Positions 58,624 through 64,000 of a stretch of DNA of 64,000 nt are shown in pieces. The stretch's first letter is position 1, and every line of letters begins with the position of its first letter. This stretch comes from Chrysomallon squamiferum (lineage: Eukaryota > Animalia > Mollusca). A program made the translations under genes and the position numbers. The stretch lies in assembly GCA_012295275.1 (NCBI GenBank), contig CM022666.1, positions 992,001-1,056,000 of the forward strand. Direction: 5' to 3'. A model generated the notes under the pieces. The model saw nothing but the letters and a program-made list of their open reading frames with translations, was not told the DNA's origin and searched no databases.

Positions 58624-59410
58624 ATCATTGTGATGATGTTCTTTGATGTTGTGCCTGATCTGTAATCATTGTGATGATGTTCTTTGAAGTTGTACCTGAT
58701 CTGTAATCATTGTGATGATGTTCTTTGAAGTTGTGCCTGATCTGTAATCATTGTGATGATGTTCTTTGAAGTTGTACCTGTTGTGATGATGTTCTTTGAA
58801 GTTGTATCTGATCTATAAACATTGTGATGATATTCTTTGAATTTGTACCTCATCTATAATAACTGGGATGATGTTCTTTGAAGTTGTACCTGTTGTGATG
58901 ATGTTCTTTGAAGTTGTACCTGATCTGTAAACATTGTGATGATGTTCTTTGAAGTTGTACCTGATCTTTAATCGTGATAATGTTCTTTGAAGTTGTACCT
59001 AATCTATAATCACTGGGATGATGTGTTTTAAAGTTGTACCTGATCTATAATCATTGTGATGACATTCTTTGAAGTTGTACCTGATCTATAATTATTTGAT
59101 GATGTTCTTCGATGTAGTATCTGATCTATAATCACTGGGATGATGTTCTTTGAAGTTGTACCTGATCTATAATCATTTGATTATGTTCTTTGAAGTTGTA
59201 CCTGAACTATAATCATTTGATGATGTTCTTTGATGTAGTATCTGATCTATAGTCACTTTAATTATGTTCTTTGAAGTAGTACCTGAACTATAATCATTTG
59301 ATGATGTTCTTTGATGTAGTATCTGATCTATAATCACTGTAATGATGTTCTTTGAAGTAGTAACTGATCTGTATTTAGTGTGGTTTGCAATATTTACCTA
59401 ATCTATAATC
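58624..59410. repeat. 41-bp minisatellite, about 19 copies (atcattgtgatgatgttctttgaagttgtacctgatctRta)
   Basis: Tandem units with occasional deleted variants. Confidence 0.94.
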
Positions 59411-59454
59411 ATGGACCTGGTAAAAGGTTTTGAGAAAAATGGTCAGAGCATTGG

Positions 59455-59720
59455 TGGAAATCAGTAACTGGATTAATAGAAACTAGTATTGAGGATTTGT
59501 GTAAAATAGTAAAAGGATTTGTTGAAATCAGTAAAAGGGATAGTGGAATTCAGTAAGAAGGATGCAGGTTATTAGTAAAAGGATTTATTGAAACTAGTGT
59601 TAGGGACTGTGTGAGGCAATAAAAGGATTTGATGAAATCAGTAAAAGGATTTGTTGAAATCAGTAAAAGGATTTGATGAAATCAGTAAAAGGATTTGTTG
59701 AAATCAGTAAAAGGGATAGT
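59455..59720. repeat. 22-bp tandem repeat (gaaatcagtaaaaggatttgWt) with degenerate flanks
   Basis: Clean copies at about 59620-59715 and diverged copies upstream. Confidence 0.8.
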
Positions 59721-59876
59721 GGAACTAATGAATGGAACAGTGGAATGCAGTAAAATAAATACTGGAAAATGAAGAAGGATTGTATTGAAACCAATATGGA
59801 GAATTGCAGAAAACAGTGGTAAAAAGAATAATTACTGTCTTATTGTGTTTCATTAAATTTTAAGATTTTTCTTTGA

Positions 59877-59908
<32 letters not shown>

Positions 59909-60083
59909 GCAGAAAAAGAATATTGAATATTTATTTAAAATAACCCCGAAAAACAACACATCTAAAGTAAAATAAATAAATAAATAAATAAATAAAATAA
60001 TGAATACAAAAGAAATACAAATTTTGAAAACGTTAAACTTAATGCTCTTTATTAAAAAAAAAAAAAAAAAAAAATATATATAC

Positions 60084-60115
<32 letters not shown>

Positions 60116-61103
60116 AAAAAAAAAGAATGAACAGTGAAACCAAAGGTATGTTTTTTTTTTTCTGTTTAAATCGCTGCACTCAGCAAATGGATGTGATGAC
60201 TGTAAAGTATAGGATTCTAATCTTTGGCTTTAATTTGCATGGTGGAATGTTGTGTCGGGTTCATTGATTGAACGCCCTGCTTTTATCACTGTTAGCATCC
60301 TTATCTGTTTGTTATGAAAACTACTGCATCATTAATTACCAGATGCCACCCTGGAGCTGCAAATTAACCTTTTAATGATGAAGTCTGCCACCAGATCAGG
60401 TAGTTATTGTGGGGGTTTTTGGGTGTTTTTTAAAGATGTACTGTATGTTGTAGAGGACTGAATGTTGCAAATAGGTAGGAAGTAGTATACAAAAATGGAA
60501 AATATTGAGATTTTTTTTTTTGGAATTGAGGTTGTGGGGAAGGATTTATGAATATATTTCATAATTATTTTTTTTTTTTTTTATGTTTTGAATTATATGA
60601 TAGGGAAGAACTGATGATGACATGAATAATATTCATAATTTTTTACTTTTATATGTTTTAAATTAGACGAGAGTAAAGAATTGGAAAGAACTTGATTTTA
60701 TACATATATATAGATAGTTGGAATTATCTTTGGGGAAAGAATTTGTGATAATATTATTATTATTCATTTTTATCTCTGGAAGGGTGCTTTGACAATTAAT
60801 ACTTACTAGTTTATTAAATTAGCAAATGATGAATTAACCATAATAATATTCATTATTCAAGTTTATTTCTTGAAACAGGAAACTATGAAATATCATTATT
60901 CTTGAAAACAGATATTATTATTTTGATCTTGGTAAGGAAAGAAGTATTTCCAAAACCACTGGTTGTTCTTGACTCTCTTGTATTTGTGTGTGAAAAATAA
61001 TTTTTAATGATTTATTTTATTCTTATTTTTTTATGTTTGATAGCAGGGAAGGCAGATGGATTTAAGATAATAATACTCTTAGTTTTTTGGGTGTTGTCTT
61101 GTG

Positions 61104-61176
<73 letters not shown>

Positions 61177-61646
61177 GCTCACACACTTTTGTATTCAACT
61201 GAGGATGAAGAAATAAGGAATTAAAAATCTTAACTTTCTTATGATGTCAGCCATCAAAGGAAGGATAAAAGTATTGTCATTTTTCTTTTCTTTCTTACTT
61301 TCTTTCATTTTTTTTTTTCTTCTGAAGGATCTTGGAAGTAATATATTGATATTCTATTCCTGGCTCTAATGTTTGTTATCAAAGAAGGGAAAATATAAAT
61401 AAAAATATTGTACTTTTTTTAATATAAATTGAGCTTCTTATACTTAGTATCAAAGAAGTATTATGGTGATGATGATGATGATGATAACAACAACAGCAGC
61501 AACAATAATGAATTGAAACTAAAATATTTATGTCTGAATATTTTAAATATTTTCTTTTCCTTAAACCATGATGCAAAAAATCCTAACAAATAGGGAAAGA
61601 AAAACCATATTATTTTTTAATTAATATATTTTGTATTAATTTGTTC

Positions 61647-61723
<77 letters not shown>

Positions 61724-64000
61724 AATAAAAATATTTAAAAAAATAAAAATAAAAATAAAATAAATAAATAAATAAATAAATATAATAATAATAAGAAGAA
61801 GTAGAAAAAGAAGAAAGATAGAAAGGAACAATGAAGAAGTAGTAAATATTTTTAATAAAAATAATACAATTTTAAAAATCTGTTATTGAAAGATGTATTT
61901 TCTCTGACATGACATTTTGATGGAATTATTAAATTTTTTTTTTTCGTTTTTAATAATATTAATGAAACAAATTGAATTGTAATCTGAAATTGACAGATAC
62001 TGATTCAGAAATATTTTTTTTTAATTATTATTTTAAAAAAAAGATATAAGAAAAGATTTGAAATAGACAAACAATAACTAAATAAATAAAAAAATAAAAA
62101 TCTGAAAGTCCACGATCTAAACAATTTAAGTAAAAAAGAAAAAAGAGAAAGAAAAAAAAGAGAGAGAGAGAGATAGATCAGTTTAAACATTTAGTTTCCT
62201 TAGGAAATTATTTTTATTTATTAATCCTTACATGGGTGCAGTTCTGTTTCTTACAAAATAGGATGAAAAACGGTTACTATTTTATTAGGATTTTAAAAAC
62301 AAAATTTAAAATTATATACTTATTTATTTATTAAAATAATTATAGATAATATATATATTCAGATGATGTAAATATATATATATTAGTAACACAATCATTT
62401 AGCAGAGAGAATACACCTTTAAAGTGATTGGCAGTGTTACACAAAAAAGTCATAATATGTAATTAGAGCTGTGATTATGAGCTGTGTCAACTGAAGGTTA
62501 CCACTGACTAGATAGGATTGTCTCACTGTCTGAGAGTAATGCTCAACAGTCTCATCAACTCACACTGTCTGCTCACTGCTCTCAGAATAACACCTGCGAC
62601 AGTGAACAATAGAAAACACAGTCTCCACCTGATATAACATGCGACTAGCAGAAACTGTGGAATATTCTCAAACAGTCAGATGTCATCTGTAGTTATTATC
62701 AGCTGAGGATTTATTTATAACCTTTTTTTTTCTCATTCTTATTAACCTTCTTTTTTTTTTTTATTAATAATTTTTCTTTCTTTATTTTTTTTTTTTTTTT
62801 TTTTCATTATTTTCATTTTCCTTTGATTGATGAGATGAGAGAAAAAAGATGAAAAAAAAAAAAAAAAAGGAGGTGATATTTCGTGTTTAATTAATCATGA
62901 AAGATTATTCTCACAGGTAAACAAAAGGTGTAGATGTCTTTTCTTTTTCATCTTTTTATCATGTGGAGTTATGTATTTTATTCATGACATTCTTAGAAGA
63001 AGAAAGAAATTAAAAAGCTTGGTAATCAATTATTGAGAAATTTTCACAGCACTCAGGACTTTGAACTCACTGAGGTACATGATCATCATATTGGAAATTC
63101 AGTTCTGTTTGCTGCCAAGCTCTGGAAGAAATCTCAACATGTGTTTTCATACCAGCTTTCATTGTGGTCATCTTTGTGTTTCCATGGAGGATATTTTGTT
63201 TTTCTTTGAGAAGTCTGTAGACTGATCTGACATGTAATCAAGGAAGTTTTCGTGGATCTTTACAGATTGTTTTTGTTCCTGTTCTTGCATTGATTTCTGC
63301 CGTGCTGTTCATTATTTGTTTCTGTAGAATGATTTTTTTTTTTTTTTTTTTTTTTTTAATTTTTAATATTAATTTTGTATATTCTGGTTTTGTGTAATGG
63401 AAGATGTGACAAACTCTCTGGTTTGCTTGCTGGGGTAAATTAAGTTAGTGTGAGGCCTAGCTGGATTTTAAGAAAGTTGTGGTGAGGATGTAAATGAAGC
63501 TGGGATGTCATGAATCTTTGATTACAGAATCAGTATCAAATATCATTTTTAAAAATAGTTGTTTTCTTTCTTGTTTGAAGATTGTCTTGTTTTAGAAAAA
63601 AATAGTACTTTCTGCAGAAGTTAATAATATGATGGAAGTAATCTGGTATATACTTATTTCACTTTGTACATAGTTTACTGTGAAAAACTTTGATGTAAAT
63701 ATATAAAATTTCTTCTTAAGGTAAATTCATTTTCTTAATGTTTCCTAAAACAAAACAAAAAACAAAAAAAAGAAGAAGAAGTAAAAAAAAAAGAAAATCT
63801 GGCTTACAGTATCTTACATAAAAATATTTTTTTTTTAAATTTCATTTCTTGTAATCAACAATTTATTAATATCTAAAATCTCATCTTTCAGCAGTTTTAC
63901 TTTTTTTTCAGCATCTTTCAAATATCAGAGAAGTATGTTTTTTTTTTCTGTTTATCCATATTTTGTAAACTCTGATCTCATGTAAACTTTTATCTCACTC

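Overview
This is AT-rich, microsatellite-dense animal genomic DNA, probably an invertebrate and mollusc-like, though the taxon is only inferred. The whole window lies inside one + strand gene, CASK (lin-2/caki; the CaMK-like pseudokinase-L27-PDZ-SH3-GUK MAGUK). Seven canonical exons were read directly (12913-13018, 41746-41823, 45065-45240, 50213-50388, 51186-51308, 51869-51949, 53494-53615). They encode most of the pseudokinase and the start of L27-1; the first exons and the PDZ/SH3/GUK exons are not in the window. Nearly all ORFs in the supplied track are microsatellite or minisatellite artefacts. The most notable signal is a candidate isoform-switching architecture with five parts: (i) a 57-nt phase-1 exon (47907-47963) mapping to the activation loop, preceded by four UGCAUG motifs; (ii) a duplicated 57-nt L27 half-exon (54753-54809); (iii) a phase break where the expected GAVLAAVSS exon is not found; (iv) a 15-nt element just before the L27 acceptor (53466-53480) that can pair with three other elements (47989, 48876, 54728), two of them next to splice sites of the extra exons; (v) candidate internal first exons (20257-20318, MVKKKKKKVCFAF...; 4922-4934). 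All the splicing models are inferences that need RNA evidence.
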